The notes under the pieces were generated by a model. The model did no database searches. It was not told the DNA's origin and saw only the letters and a program-made list of their open reading frames with translations. From positions 64,001-128,000 of the IMG/VR virus record IMGVR_UViG_3300028833_000068: 64,000 bases of DNA; one strand, 5' to 3'. Numbering within the stretch: the stretch's first letter is position 1; each line of letters opens with the position of its first letter. Positions 9,533 to 18,740 of this stretch are shown piece by piece. A program made the position numbers and the translations under genes. Source of the DNA: a virus. Taxonomy: Duplodnaviria; Caudoviricetes.

Positions 9533-10673
9533 AACGTCTATTCTCCATTAAAATAATTCTAGAATATGGCTCTAATATGTTACCAAATTTTTCTTCATCT
9601 AATATTTCATTTATTTTATTCTCACTTACAATCTTATATACATTCTTTATACTCCTATCACTAGTATCAATTGGTGCATATAACTCTTCATCCATAGTTT
9701 CCTTCGCCTCATCTGTTAATAATGGAACTGATAAATCAATGATTTTCTCGTTTATCTCATAAAGCCTATCACCTTGGCATCCATCTGTAACCACATTAAC
9801 GATGTTTTCAAGCGATTTGAGAGGCTTTTGCTTGTTCTGCTTCCTCTCTTCCAATAACTCCTTTGAACGACTTATAATCGCCTCCAAATTAAGTCTATCA
9901 GTCTTTAATTGTGGGAACAACTTAACCAATGTGGTATTACCAACGCCCTTTACGCCTTTTATGTTATCAGATACATCTCCGCATATCATTTTCTCAAGAA
10001 CAATGTTCTCTGGCAATATGCCAATCTTTTCAACAGCGTTTTCTTTTGTGATAAACTCTCTTAATCTAGGATTATATATAATGACGGTATCTGAAATCAA
10101 TTGCGTTAAATCTCTGTCTGACGAAACAATCACAATCTTTTCATCTGCTTTCTTGTTCTTCACATAATAACTTATAATGTCATCACCTTCAACGTTCTCA
10201 AACTCATATTGCCGTATGCACAATTCATCAAGTATTTCTTGAAGAATAGGCTTTTGTCTTGCAAAACTCTCATCGTCACTCTCTTGCCTATTAGACTTCT
10301 CCCTAGAATGACTCATTACCATCTTAGCAAAGTCACGCAGTTTCTTATCATATTCAGTCATATTGGGGTCATGGTTCTCATAGTTCTTATCCCTATTTGC
10401 CTTATAATCCTTGTATATTTGGTATCTGAGCACCCCACTCCCGTCACCATCGAATGCGGCAATACAATAATTGAAATCCTTCTTTCTAAGAATATCACCT
10501 ATCATCCTTAATGATGTCAATATAATTCCATATTCCTTTCCATCATTATTCATCTTATGGTCTACAGAAGCCATTTTCATGATGTTATTGCCATCTATCA
10601 ATAATGTATACGTGTATTTTGTTATGTCTATATTGTTCGCTTCTGCTATTCGTTTCCTAATTGGTTGTCTCAT
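9507..10673 (-). CDS. 5'-3' exonuclease / flap endonuclease (T4 RNase H / PolI N-terminal family)
   Basis: LLIDGNN, YKANR, EGDDII, VSSDRDLTQL, GDVSDNIKGVKGVG. Confidence 0.93.
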   Translation of the reverse strand: MRQPIRKRIAEANNIDITKYTYTLLIDGNNIMKMASVDHKMNNDGKEYGIILTSLRMIGDILRKKDFNYCIAAFDGDGSGVLRYQIYKDYKANRDKNYENHDPNMTEYDKKLRDFAKMVMSHSREKSNRQESDDESFARQKPILQEILDELCIRQYEFENVEGDDIISYYVKNKKADEKIVIVSSDRDLTQLISDTVIIYNPRLREFITKENAVEKIGILPENIVLEKMICGDVSDNIKGVKGVGNTTLVKLFPQLKTDRLNLEAIISRSKELLEERKQNKQKPLKSLENIVNVVTDGCQGDRLYEINEKIIDLSVPLLTDEAKETMDEELYAPIDTSDRSIKNVYKIVSENKINEILDEEKFGNILEPYSRIILMENRRYEQYRKEN

Positions 10674-11034
10674 ATTCTACCACTTTAACTTGTAAGTTTT
10701 TTTCATTCATAATATCAATCATATGCTTTGTTCCGTGAGATTTACCATCCCAAAATGCAATAAGGGCATCTGCCACCTCTGCCATTTGTTCATTTCTACG
10801 AAATCCAGCCCTCTTACCAAACTTCTTCCAATCTGCTGGATATATTTCCAACGTAAATCCCTCATCCTCACAGTACTTTTCTCCAAGTAAATCAGCTCCA
10901 CGTGCATGACCACTAACTATGATGATATTATGGGTTTTCCTTTTCTCACGAAGATACTTATTACACTGCTCATGTAATAAACGATAATTGCTAAAACCTC
11001 TTGACCCAGCTATGATAACTTTAAAGTTTTCCAT
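10657..11034 (-). CDS. YspA-like SLOG family protein (DUF2493-like)
   Basis: VIIAGSRGF, VSGHARGAD, AGFRRNEQMA, AFWDGKSHGT. Confidence 0.88.
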   Translation of the reverse strand: MENFKVIIAGSRGFSNYRLLHEQCNKYLREKRKTHNIIIVSGHARGADLLGEKYCEDEGFTLEIYPADWKKFGKRAGFRRNEQMAEVADALIAFWDGKSHGTKHMIDIMNEKNLQVKVVEYETTN

Positions 11035-11048
11035 ATTCAGTTATTTTT

Positions 11049-11082
11049 TGCAAAGATATACAAAAAATTGTTAAAAACCAAA
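11049..11082 (-). promoter_or_regulatory. Bacteroidota-type promoter, back-to-back with a plus-strand TATTTATT motif (11092-11099)
   Basis: TTTG...TATCTTTGCA on minus strand. Confidence 0.7.
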
Positions 11083-11117
11083 TTTAAAAGGTATTTATTG
11101 AAAAATATTTTAAAAAA

Positions 11118-12428
11118 ATGAAAATCAAAATAACTGAATCACAATATGATAACCTTGTATTGGTTGAAACTGAAAATGCTGCTTTTAAAAGAAGTAATGC
11201 TAAGGATGCCAATCTAAAGCGAATTTGGAAAGTGATTGACATGAAACAAAAACAACTTTATAAAGAGGTCTTTGGTGAATTGTCAGAAAAAATGTATGAC
11301 ATTACAGTTGCCAAAGAAAAAAGAATGAAGGGAGTAAAACCAAAAGGAGATTTCTTAAAGATACCAAATAATATGTTCTCAGCTGGAAATGATAAACTTC
11401 CAGCTAGTGTACTAATTGTGAACATGTCTTCCGCTTTAATGTGCCCATCATACTACCTTGGTGTTTGCCAAATCACAAATGGCGCTTGTTATGCAATGAG
11501 AGATGAAAACCAATACTCAAGAGTAGATGTTGGTTCTGTACTTCGAAACAATTGGCAACGTGACCTTATGCATACCCAAATGCTACAACAATATCAACAT
11601 GGCAATAAAAAACCAATGAGAACATTTTTCAAAATTCTAGAAACATATATACAATTGGGAAATGCATATGCTGAAAACTTATATAAGATAGAATTAGAAA
11701 AGATGGAATACAAATATGGAAGAGAATTAACCCAAGAAGAAAAAAATCTATTAAGAGTTCAACAATCTGATAGTAAAATTACCGATATTAGATTGAATGA
11801 AAGCGGTGATTTCCATTGCCAACTAGCAGTAGACCTATGGGCTAAATTCGCTAGAAAAATTAAAAAGAAATATGGCATTAATACCCATGCTTATACAGCT
11901 AGAAATCTTGATTATTCAAAAGCATCACAAGATATGTCCATTAACTATTCACATCAAGGGGATGGAAATGCAAGAGGTGGCTTACCAAGAAGATTTAAAG
12001 CTGTTAGTGATGCAGAGTTTAATTCACTAGAAGGTGGTAATGAGGTTAAAAACCAACAGCCAATACTAGGACAAAAACCTAATGGCGAATTCTTCTATAA
12101 ATGCCCTTGCAGTAATAAAGAAACTAAATGCGATAGATGTGGCGTTTGTTTTGCCCCAAATAAGACTGGAACACCATACACCATTTATGTTAAATATCAT
12201 GGTGCTGTAGCTGCAAATGGACTCAAAAACTTATTTACAGCCAAGGAAATTAATAGTGTAATGAATGCACTAAAGACAAATGGATGGGTTACAGATAAAG
12301 AAATGAAATCTAGAAATAGAAAAGACAACGTTAAAAAACTTAACGACTACTCAGAAAAAATATTGGCACAAAGAAATGGAAAAGCACCAAAAGATGAATT
12401 TAATACTGAAAAAGTTGGAAAAGAATAA
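11118..12428 (+). CDS. Gp88-like Cys-rich (Fe-S/radical-SAM-related) protein with N-terminal ITES leader
   Basis: GNDKL, CPS..C..CYA, IRLNESGDF, AYT, CPC..CDRCGVC; N-term MKIKITESQYDNLVLVE. Confidence 0.7.
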   Translation: MKIKITESQYDNLVLVETENAAFKRSNAKDANLKRIWKVIDMKQKQLYKEVFGELSEKMYDITVAKEKRMKGVKPKGDFLKIPNNMFSAGNDKLPASVLIVNMSSALMCPSYYLGVCQITNGACYAMRDENQYSRVDVGSVLRNNWQRDLMHTQMLQQYQHGNKKPMRTFFKILETYIQLGNAYAENLYKIELEKMEYKYGRELTQEEKNLLRVQQSDSKITDIRLNESGDFHCQLAVDLWAKFARKIKKKYGINTHAYTARNLDYSKASQDMSINYSHQGDGNARGGLPRRFKAVSDAEFNSLEGGNEVKNQQPILGQKPNGEFFYKCPCSNKETKCDRCGVCFAPNKTGTPYTIYVKYHGAVAANGLKNLFTAKEINSVMNALKTNGWVTDKEMKSRNRKDNVKKLNDYSEKILAQRNGKAPKDEFNTEKVGKE

Positions 12429-12455
12429 AAGGCTAAGAAACAAAACTTAGCCTTT
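12428..12455. terminator. Bidirectional intrinsic terminator
   Basis: aaaggctaag...cttagccttt between convergent genes. Confidence 0.75.
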
Positions 12456-12460
12456 CTTAT

Positions 12461-12958
12461 TTATTCTAACAACTTCTTATCATCATATTTGTCAAATATC
12501 TTCTGAATCATATCCATAGTTCCAAGAGTTGCCTTCATAATCATCTCATGAATCTTCATTACCTCATTCAACTTGGTCTTGTTGGACTTCCTCTTACCAA
12601 ATAATGAATCCTTATATTCAGACACAATCGCCTCATATGCTCTCTTCCATTCAGGATGTAGTTCAAAAATTGGTAGACAATACTTCATGAACTCAGCAAT
12701 CTCATCAGTCTTCTTCTTGCGATGCTTCTTAGGCCAATAATCAAGAATAATGTCAAAATCATAATCCAACATGATTTGGCTCTTATCATTTTCATCCAAT
12801 TGATTCATCACTTGTTCCTCAATTGACGTTGGGGGTAAGTCAATACCATGCCACTTCTGAGCTGGAATTACCTCAAACTCATTCTCAATCGTAATATTTC
12901 TAGTAACAATTCTACGGTCACTAGTAATTGCCTTAAATGTTATTATTGTTTTATTCAT
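12461..12958 (-). CDS. Hypothetical protein
   Basis: 165-aa ORF. Confidence 0.7.
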   Translation of the reverse strand: MNKTIITFKAITSDRRIVTRNITIENEFEVIPAQKWHGIDLPPTSIEEQVMNQLDENDKSQIMLDYDFDIILDYWPKKHRKKKTDEIAEFMKYCLPIFELHPEWKRAYEAIVSEYKDSLFGKRKSNKTKLNEVMKIHEMIMKATLGTMDMIQKIFDKYDDKKLLE

Positions 12959-12962
12959 ATTT

Positions 12963-13193
12963 TTATCTGTACGTTGGTTTATATTCCCACCTATCTATCA
13001 CTTTGTTATACTTGTTATACACCTCCACGTTGAAGCATTTAACTTTTATCAAGTTCTCCTTAGAAATTCTTTCGGAAATATAGTTATTGACCTTATCGAT
13101 GATGTTGTCTTTGCAGCCAATAATCGTTTTGGTAAGAACTGTCTTACGAGACCAACTAGGTTTAACTAATGCTTCTCTTATAATCGCTTTCAT
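12963..13193 (-). CDS. Hypothetical protein (start likely MKAIIRE)
   Basis: ATG at 13193 lies just downstream of the promoter at 13210. Confidence 0.6.
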   Translation of the reverse strand: MKAIIREALVKPSWSRKTVLTKTIIGCKDNIIDKVNNYISERISKENLIKVKCFNVEVYNKYNKVIDRWEYKPTYR

Positions 13194-13209
13194 ATTTATT
13201 CTTTTTTTT

Positions 13210-13256
13210 TGCAAATGTACGAAAAAAAATTGGAGTGACAAAATATCTACTCCAAT
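13210..13256 (-). promoter_or_regulatory. Hairpin-promoter module
   Basis: attggagt...actccaat inverted repeat, T-tract, then TACATTTGCA on minus strand. Confidence 0.7.
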
Positions 13257-13268
13257 CTTTAATATATT

Positions 13269-13373
13269 TTAACGAATATACTCTATTAGTCTATCTATAT
13301 CATTAAAATATAAATCATCATCTTTCATGAACTTATTATATTTTTCATCTAAAAAATATATGAGTTTTGCCAT
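13269..13373 (-). CDS. Small protein (34 aa)
   Basis: Manual translation MAKLIYFLDEKYNKFMKDDDLYFNDIDRLIEYIR; start is immediately after TATCTTTGCA (13376-13385). Confidence 0.4.
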   Translation of the reverse strand: MAKLIYFLDEKYNKFMKDDDLYFNDIDRLIEYIR

Positions 13374-13432
13374 AATGCAAAGATATAAAAAAAATCTGAG
13401 AATTCCAAATAAATCCCCAGATTTTTATTCTT

Positions 13433-14584
13433 TTATCTTATATACATTCCCAAAGGTTTCTTCTTCAACACTTCCATAAGCTGATTATTGAGTTCAGCTT
13501 GATTCTTCATGAGATTCCACGGGAGCATTTCATCCAACCTCTCCTTCAACTCATTTAATACAGTCTCCTTCTCAGCCTTCCCTTGTTCAAGCAACATGTT
13601 GTAGTCCATTTGAGCTTCAGCTTCGGGAATCTTAATTTGTCCCGAAAAAGTCCCTCGGATTATACCTAATAGAATCTTCGCTTCTGCCACAAGCAAACGT
13701 CTAATAATCTGTTGAGTTGGGTTGTTCATCAACTCGTACCTCATCTTGTCCAACGGCACTTGGTCTGGCGTTATAATTACATCATCCTTGTTCTCAATCC
13801 TACAAAGGTCAGCATCTTCTGCACTTCCACTAACATCATAGTAGGTATACCAACAAATGCAATTGTGGTACTTACGCCACCCCCATGTGTCATCAGCAGC
13901 AACACCACCAATCATGTTTGGTGAACCTGGAACGGACATGAGGTGAATCAAGTGTGTACCATCTGGACCAGCTGTAACCTTATAAGCTAAGTCACCCCTT
14001 AGCATGGAGTTCTTATACTTCAAGTCTGCTGCCATTAAAGCCGTGTCATAGACATTGCCCACATAGAAGCCTGTCAAACCACCCATGTAGGATAGATTGC
14101 CAAGTTGTCCAAAACCACCACCAATACCAGTATCAAGTGTACCCAAGTTACCGTATAAAGCAGCCTTGGTTGTTGATGGCGTGATATATAAAACCTTATT
14201 GATTTCACGTCCAGCTGGAACAACGTACACTTGTTTGCCTTTTTCAATTCTGAAGAAATCTTTTTTAAGTTCATAGTTACCACGTTGCTGTAAACCTACC
14301 TCTCTACTGAACCAATAACTGTAATCCCTACTCCAATCCATTGTACGCACGGTCATTGCATAAGCAAGTTCATTTGCGTTTTGGAATTGGAATGTGTTCT
14401 TGCTTTGGATATTAAGCCATTGAGTTTTTAGCACCCAATTCTGTACCTTTTCTGAGTAATCGCCTATTGCTACGTCCAAGAGGTCACAAAGTTGCTCGTC
14501 CTCAAGTTGAACCTTACGCACTGGACTTCCCAAAAGTGTCCTCGTTAATTTAAATAAGTCTTTTATTTCTTGACTAAGTACCAT
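13433..14584 (-). CDS. Neck protein (T4 gp13-like)
   Basis: N-term LLGSPVRKVQLEDEQL..AI, C-term AEAKILLG.IRG.F..I; architecture resembles gp13. Confidence 0.7.
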   Translation of the reverse strand: MVLSQEIKDLFKLTRTLLGSPVRKVQLEDEQLCDLLDVAIGDYSEKVQNWVLKTQWLNIQSKNTFQFQNANELAYAMTVRTMDWSRDYSYWFSREVGLQQRGNYELKKDFFRIEKGKQVYVVPAGREINKVLYITPSTTKAALYGNLGTLDTGIGGGFGQLGNLSYMGGLTGFYVGNVYDTALMAADLKYKNSMLRGDLAYKVTAGPDGTHLIHLMSVPGSPNMIGGVAADDTWGWRKYHNCICWYTYYDVSGSAEDADLCRIENKDDVIITPDQVPLDKMRYELMNNPTQQIIRRLLVAEAKILLGIIRGTFSGQIKIPEAEAQMDYNMLLEQGKAEKETVLNELKERLDEMLPWNLMKNQAELNNQLMEVLKKKPLGMYIR

Positions 14585-15515
14585 ATTTATTTATTTCATT
14601 TATTAAATCATTATTATTACTATAAATAGTATCTAAATAATGATTTGGTATTTCTTTTTCTTTAGAAAAATAAAATAATTTTATCCCATTATTTTTACAT
14701 TTTTCAAATTTTTCTTTATCTTTTTTAACAGTATATTCATATTTCTTATTTCCACCAAAATATTTGACGGGTTTAAAATGTTGTATTCCTTGGTATTCGA
14801 TTCCAACTTTTTTAGATGGTATATAAATATCAATACTTTGTCCTTTAAGCCAATCTGTTTTGTATTGACAAATAACTTCTTCACCATAATATTTCTTTAA
14901 TATGTCAAATAACAGCATTTCATTAATATTATGTTCCTCATGACATTTAGGGCAACCAACACCAGTCATGTGAGAATGTGGTGACTGCCAGAATTCTCCA
15001 TGCTCTGGACATATAATACAAACCTTATCATCAGTCCCTTTACATTCTACCTTTGAGTAATCATATTTATTATTATGTACCTTTTTTGACCTTTTTATAA
15101 AAATTTCGTTAGTTAATTTAGCCACTCTAGAACACATTTGACATCCTTGACCTCTTAAATGCTTTTCTGGAGTTTTCTCAAATTCTCCATGTATCGAGCA
15201 TATTATTATCACTGGAGTCTTTTCATTAACATATTTAACTTTTGAATAATCATACTTATCGCCATGAACTTTTTTAGCTCGCTCTATGAACTCTTCTGTA
15301 GTATAAGCGAAACTTCTGTGATTACAATATTTGCACCCTTGCTTTTGATTAATATGATTATTAAATGGCATTTCAAAAACATTTCCACAGTTTTTACAGA
15401 TTATTTTATTTTTAGCAAATAAACCTTCATTCTCCACCAATGAGTAGTCATACTTATTACCATGAACTTTTTTAGCTCGCTCTATCATTTCTAAAATTGT
15501 TAATCGTTTACTCAT
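14574..15515 (-). CDS. Free-standing endonuclease: DUF723-like Zn-finger repeats plus Vsr/PD-(D/E)xK-like domain
   Basis: Three HG.KYDYS..C..C repeats; DIYIPSKKVGIEYQGIQHF. Confidence 0.82.
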   Translation of the reverse strand: MSKRLTILEMIERAKKVHGNKYDYSLVENEGLFAKNKIICKNCGNVFEMPFNNHINQKQGCKYCNHRSFAYTTEEFIERAKKVHGDKYDYSKVKYVNEKTPVIIICSIHGEFEKTPEKHLRGQGCQMCSRVAKLTNEIFIKRSKKVHNNKYDYSKVECKGTDDKVCIICPEHGEFWQSPHSHMTGVGCPKCHEEHNINEMLLFDILKKYYGEEVICQYKTDWLKGQSIDIYIPSKKVGIEYQGIQHFKPVKYFGGNKKYEYTVKKDKEKFEKCKNNGIKLFYFSKEKEIPNHYLDTIYSNNNDLINEINKYGT

Positions 15516-15758
15516 AATATTTTCTTTTTATATATAAATATAAAGGTTTACTAAAAAGTGCGCCTAGTAAAGTGTAATTTATATAAAAAAAAACAGCAAC
15601 ATTTATTGCTGTTTTATATTACCTCGTTTATTTCATCTTCTGCGTTTCTCTGTATGAATCTTCTCATGCTACGCTTCCTATACTTGATAAGCAAATGTTG
15701 TCTATCAGTTTTACTAAACCTTCTGCCATCAGTAGTCCAATGTTCTGTGAGAGCATAT

Positions 15759-16154
15759 TTAACTCTTCTTCTCATTGCCATGTGTTTCATGCTGCTTTTT
15801 TCTTTCCTCCATTTTTTCCTTTATAAGTTTTCTTTGTAATCTGTCTGCGATTATTTCTGCATGACAGCATTTAGGTTTGCAGAAGCATTGAAGGTATATA
15901 TCCTCACCATTTTTATAGTGTTCATATATTTCATCAAATGCCTTTGTAAGCTCTGTATTTTTGCCGTAGGCTGCGTCAAAATACTTCTCGTAGGCTTCTA
16001 CTGCCTCGTCCCTAGTTTTGAACGTGAGGGTCTTAAAAACGCTTTTAACACCATTATGAGAAAACGGATTACCTAATGGGCTAGGTCTAGCAACATAGAA
16101 ATTGTTAGGTTCTGATGTATGGTCTTCGTTATGACTATTATAAACGTATATCAT
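15759..16154 (-). CDS. DUF4326-like protein
   Basis: YVARPSPLGNPF, LQCFCKPKCCHAEII. Confidence 0.82.
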   Translation of the reverse strand: MIYVYNSHNEDHTSEPNNFYVARPSPLGNPFSHNGVKSVFKTLTFKTRDEAVEAYEKYFDAAYGKNTELTKAFDEIYEHYKNGEDIYLQCFCKPKCCHAEIIADRLQRKLIKEKMEERKKQHETHGNEKKS

Positions 16155-16600
16155 ACTTCTATATCCTTTAGTTTATAGTCTACTATTTCTCCATTATAGA
16201 TTCTCTTACCACTATTTTCAATATACTTTTTGAGGAAATCATGCCATAATCTAACATAGGTATCAACGTATACTATATCGTTAGTATATTTACCCCAAGG
16301 ATTCAATCTAACTTCCCTATTACGATAATCCCCATTATAACGTTTAAATGTTACTAACCCACTTTCTATGTGTTTTAAGAGATTACCCATAAATCCATCA
16401 AGGGTTCTGCCTCTTCCCTTACTAAGGAAATCTTCAACGAATGTATTACTACCTTTTGGAAAATTGGTTCTACGTATTCTTCCTTGATTTCTCCAATATG
16501 ACCCAGCGTATTCGCCCTTAAGGATTCTGTGAAAGTAGATATGCCCATCAAGCGATAGTTCTCTTTTCAAGAACATATAAAATACTTGTGTTGCTGTCAT
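16151..16600 (-). CDS. Hypothetical protein
   Basis: 149-aa ORF, ATGA overlap with next gene. Confidence 0.7.
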   Translation of the reverse strand: MTATQVFYMFLKRELSLDGHIYFHRILKGEYAGSYWRNQGRIRRTNFPKGSNTFVEDFLSKGRGRTLDGFMGNLLKHIESGLVTFKRYNGDYRNREVRLNPWGKYTNDIVYVDTYVRLWHDFLKKYIENSGKRIYNGEIVDYKLKDIEV

Positions 16601-16603
16601 AGT

Positions 16604-16807
16604 TTAGAAATTATTGTCAATATACCTAAGAATCTCATTGATTTCCTTCGGTGATTTCTTTGAAAACTTATCAAATAACTTAATCGCTAGGTTTCTGTCA
16701 ATCTCATTGCTCTTAAATGCCTCTGCTGCATTTAATATAGCTTCAACTTGGTCACTAGGCATATTCAACATTGATGCCATAGTCTTCTTTAAAAACATAT
16801 TTGCCAT
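16604..16807 (-). CDS. Hypothetical protein
   Basis: ORF behind host-type promoter at 16825-16834. Confidence 0.65.
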   Translation of the reverse strand: MANMFLKKTMASMLNMPSDQVEAILNAAEAFKSNEIDRNLAIKLFDKFSKKSPKEINEILRYIDNNF

Positions 16808-16861
16808 AATCTTTGTATTTTTTTTGCAAAGATATGTAAAAAAAATGAAATTAACAAATTT

Positions 16862-17026
16862 TTAGAGATTTAATTTCCCTAAAGCATCATATAAATCCTT
16901 AATCTCTTCCTTTGAAAACTTTACCTCATCAATATAATGGCCATAAACATCATATACAGCCAATGTGTACTCTAACTTGTAATCATCACAAGTTAACTCA
17001 ATCTTATTATTATTAATTATATCCAT
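16862..17026 (-). CDS. Small hypothetical protein
   Basis: Manual translation MDIINNKIELTCDDYKLEY...; TATTTATT motif upstream (about 17045-17052). Confidence 0.5.
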   Translation of the reverse strand: MDIINNNKIELTCDDYKLEYTLAVYDVYGHYIDEVKFSKEEIKDLYDALGKLNL

Positions 17027-17138
17027 ATCTAAATCCAATTTAGAATAAATATAACAATACTTTCAAAAAAGAAAAATGCAGCTACTTTCACAAGCAACTG
17101 CATCGTTAAATATGATTATTCATGGTGTGCCAACGCTA

Positions 17139-17345
17139 TTAATCCCACCCCCATATTTCATGGGACATAGGAAATCGCATCGACATCCTCTCTAGAGATT
17201 CATCCTTAAACCATTTCTTCTGCCTAAAGTACCACTTGAACTTCTTATGGGACTTACTCATCACGTGAGCATGATAGAACTTAACCTTCTTCCCCAATTT
17301 ATTCCAATACTTCTTTGGAGTATTTTGTTTATTTCCATTAGACAT
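17139..17345 (-). CDS. Small basic hypothetical protein
   Basis: 68 aa, K/W-rich, directly downstream of the tRNAs. Confidence 0.55.
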   Translation of the reverse strand: MSNGNKQNTPKKYWNKLGKKVKFYHAHVMSKSHKKFKWYFRQKKWFKDESLERMSMRFPMSHEIWGWD

Positions 17346-17361
17346 TCTTTATGATTTTTTG

Positions 17362-17432
17362 TAGCGATTGAGGTAGTCGAAACCCCACTTCCTGGGCCAA
17401 ATCCAGACGTGCGACCGCCACACCGAACCGCT
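17362..17432 (-). tRNA. Atypical tRNA-Gln(UUG)-like
   Basis: Acceptor AGCGGTT/AATCGCT, anticodon arm TCTGG-ATTTGGC-CCAGG, T arm GGGGT-TTCGACT-ACCTC; C8, A32 and T53 are non-canonical. Confidence 0.65.
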
Positions 17433-17475
17433 TGGTCTACAGATACTTACGTATTTGTTTCTCTAGTAAATTTTG

Positions 17476-17557
17476 TACCCTCGGAGAGACTCGGACTCTC
17501 AAGCCTTACGGCACTAGATCCTTGGTCTAGCGTGTCTGCCAATTCCACCACAAGGGC
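17476..17557 (-). tRNA. tRNA-Leu, anticodon AAG as folded (atypical)
   Basis: GCCCTTG TGGTGGAATTGGCAGACAC, arm CTAGA-CCAAGGA-TCTAG, long variable arm, T arm GAGAG-TCCGAGT-CTCTC. Confidence 0.8.
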
Positions 17558-17567
17558 AAATAGTTTG

Positions 17568-17654
17568 TAGCTCTGAATGGAGTCGAACCATCACAAGGCA
17601 AATGCCTTATACATTTTGAGTGTATTGCGTCTCAACCATTTGCGCCACAGAGCC
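17568..17654 (-). tRNA. tRNA-Leu(CAA)
   Basis: Acceptor GGCTCTG/CAGAGCT, ATACA-CTCAAAA-TGTAT, variable arm AAGGC/GCCTT, GGTTCGACTCC. Confidence 0.9.
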
Positions 17655-17668
17655 ATATAATATATTTT

Positions 17669-17766
17669 TCCTACACGAAGAGGCTACCATATTGTCTGAC
17701 CAACGTCTCTTCTCCTTCAGCATTCCTTCGTCAGAAAGGTCATGCCATCCAATCCCTCCCTCGGAA
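17669..17766 (-). ncRNA. Candidate structured RNA at the head of the tRNA operon
   Basis: GC-rich non-coding stretch; ends pair (cgag[g]gagg/cctcttcg), inner stem tctgac/gtcaga. Confidence 0.35.
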
Positions 17767-17806
17767 AAAAAATTGCATTACAAACTAGTATTTACCCAAT
17801 TCGTAA

Positions 17807-17841
17807 TGCAAAGATATGAAAAAAAATTCAAATAACCAAAT
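17807..17841 (-). promoter_or_regulatory. Bacteroidota-type promoter driving the tRNA cluster
   Basis: TTTG...TATCTTTGCA. Confidence 0.7.
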
Positions 17842-17854
17842 TATTTAATAAGAA

Positions 17855-17986
17855 TTAACGAATTATTCGTTTTTCTGTTCTTCTAATAGTACCTCCAACG
17901 CTTCCGTTGTTAAGTGGGTTACTTGGTCTCTGTACTGCTTGTGTTGCAGCAGTATTGTTCTGTTTATTTTTACAACCGCATGCCAT
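17855..17986 (-). CDS. Small MACGCK protein (43 aa)
   Basis: Manual translation MACGCKNKQNNTAATQAVQRPSNP...RRTEKRIIR. Confidence 0.55.
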   Translation of the reverse strand: MACGCKNKQNNTAATQAVQRPSNPLNNGSVGGTIRRTEKRIIR

Positions 17987-18012
17987 AATATTTTTCTTAT
18001 TTAATAACGTTA

Positions 18013-18474
18013 TTATTCTTCTGTATAATAATAATCCTCTTCGCTTGGAATATCTAATGGATTATAATTAATTTCCATTATGCTTTCTAAAGCTTTCTTA
18101 ACAATTCCATTGTCATGTATTGGAATGCAGCGTCCATCATTGTTGCAGTATTCAATACTTCCAACTTCAATTGTTGGATTATCTATTATTTCATCTGGGT
18201 CATCTGGCACATCATAGCTGTTACTTCTCATACCTCTTTTCATGTATGGGTCTCCTATAACTTCAAATGTTATATTAGCAAATCTACCACCTTGCAATTC
18301 AATATCTGTATCATTTTCTCCAAGAATTACATCCAATCGTCCTTTTTTGGCTACAGATTGGGCGATAGATTGCAAGAGCAAGTTGTTATCTTGTTGTTCT
18401 TGCAGCACCATTGCAACACTACGTTGGACTAGATTGTGCAAATCTGACTCAGTTAATCTTATTATCTTCTTCAT
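18013..18474 (-). CDS. Leader-bearing (MKKIIRLTESDLH) acidic protein
   Basis: N-term leader ending VLQE; TATTTATT motif near 18500. Confidence 0.8.
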   Translation of the reverse strand: MKKIIRLTESDLHNLVQRSVAMVLQEQQDNNLLLQSIAQSVAKKGRLDVILGENDTDIELQGGRFANITFEVIGDPYMKRGMRSNSYDVPDDPDEIIDNPTIEVGSIEYCNNDGRCIPIHDNGIVKKALESIMEINYNPLDIPSEEDYYYTEE

Positions 18475-18527
18475 TGCCTATATTTATACTATTTCTCTAA
18501 TAAATATAACATCTTTTGAAAAAAGAA

Positions 18528-18740
18528 TCAAGATTTATCAATATTTTCCAATATTTCTTTAGCTAACTCGCTCTCATAGCACCAACGTTTATAGCATATT
18601 GGCTTTACAAGTCCTCTATTGCTATAAAACTTGCCATCCACCCACCAAGCAGATTCTACCTTGTTTCCACGTGTTAAAACTAATATTCTACCACGTCTAC
18701 AATCTGGCTTCTCATTCCTCAGTGTCTTCCAAATGCTCAT
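18528..18740 (-). CDS. Hypothetical protein
   Basis: 70-aa ORF, coupled overlap. Confidence 0.6.
   Translation of the reverse strand: MSIWKTLRNEKPDCRRGRILVLTRGNKVESAWWVDGKFYSNRGLVKPICYKRWCYESELAKEILENIDKS

Noticed and set aside
17669-17766. Hammerhead ribozyme (CUGACGA present on minus strand)
   Set aside because: No downstream GAAA core or compatible stems found
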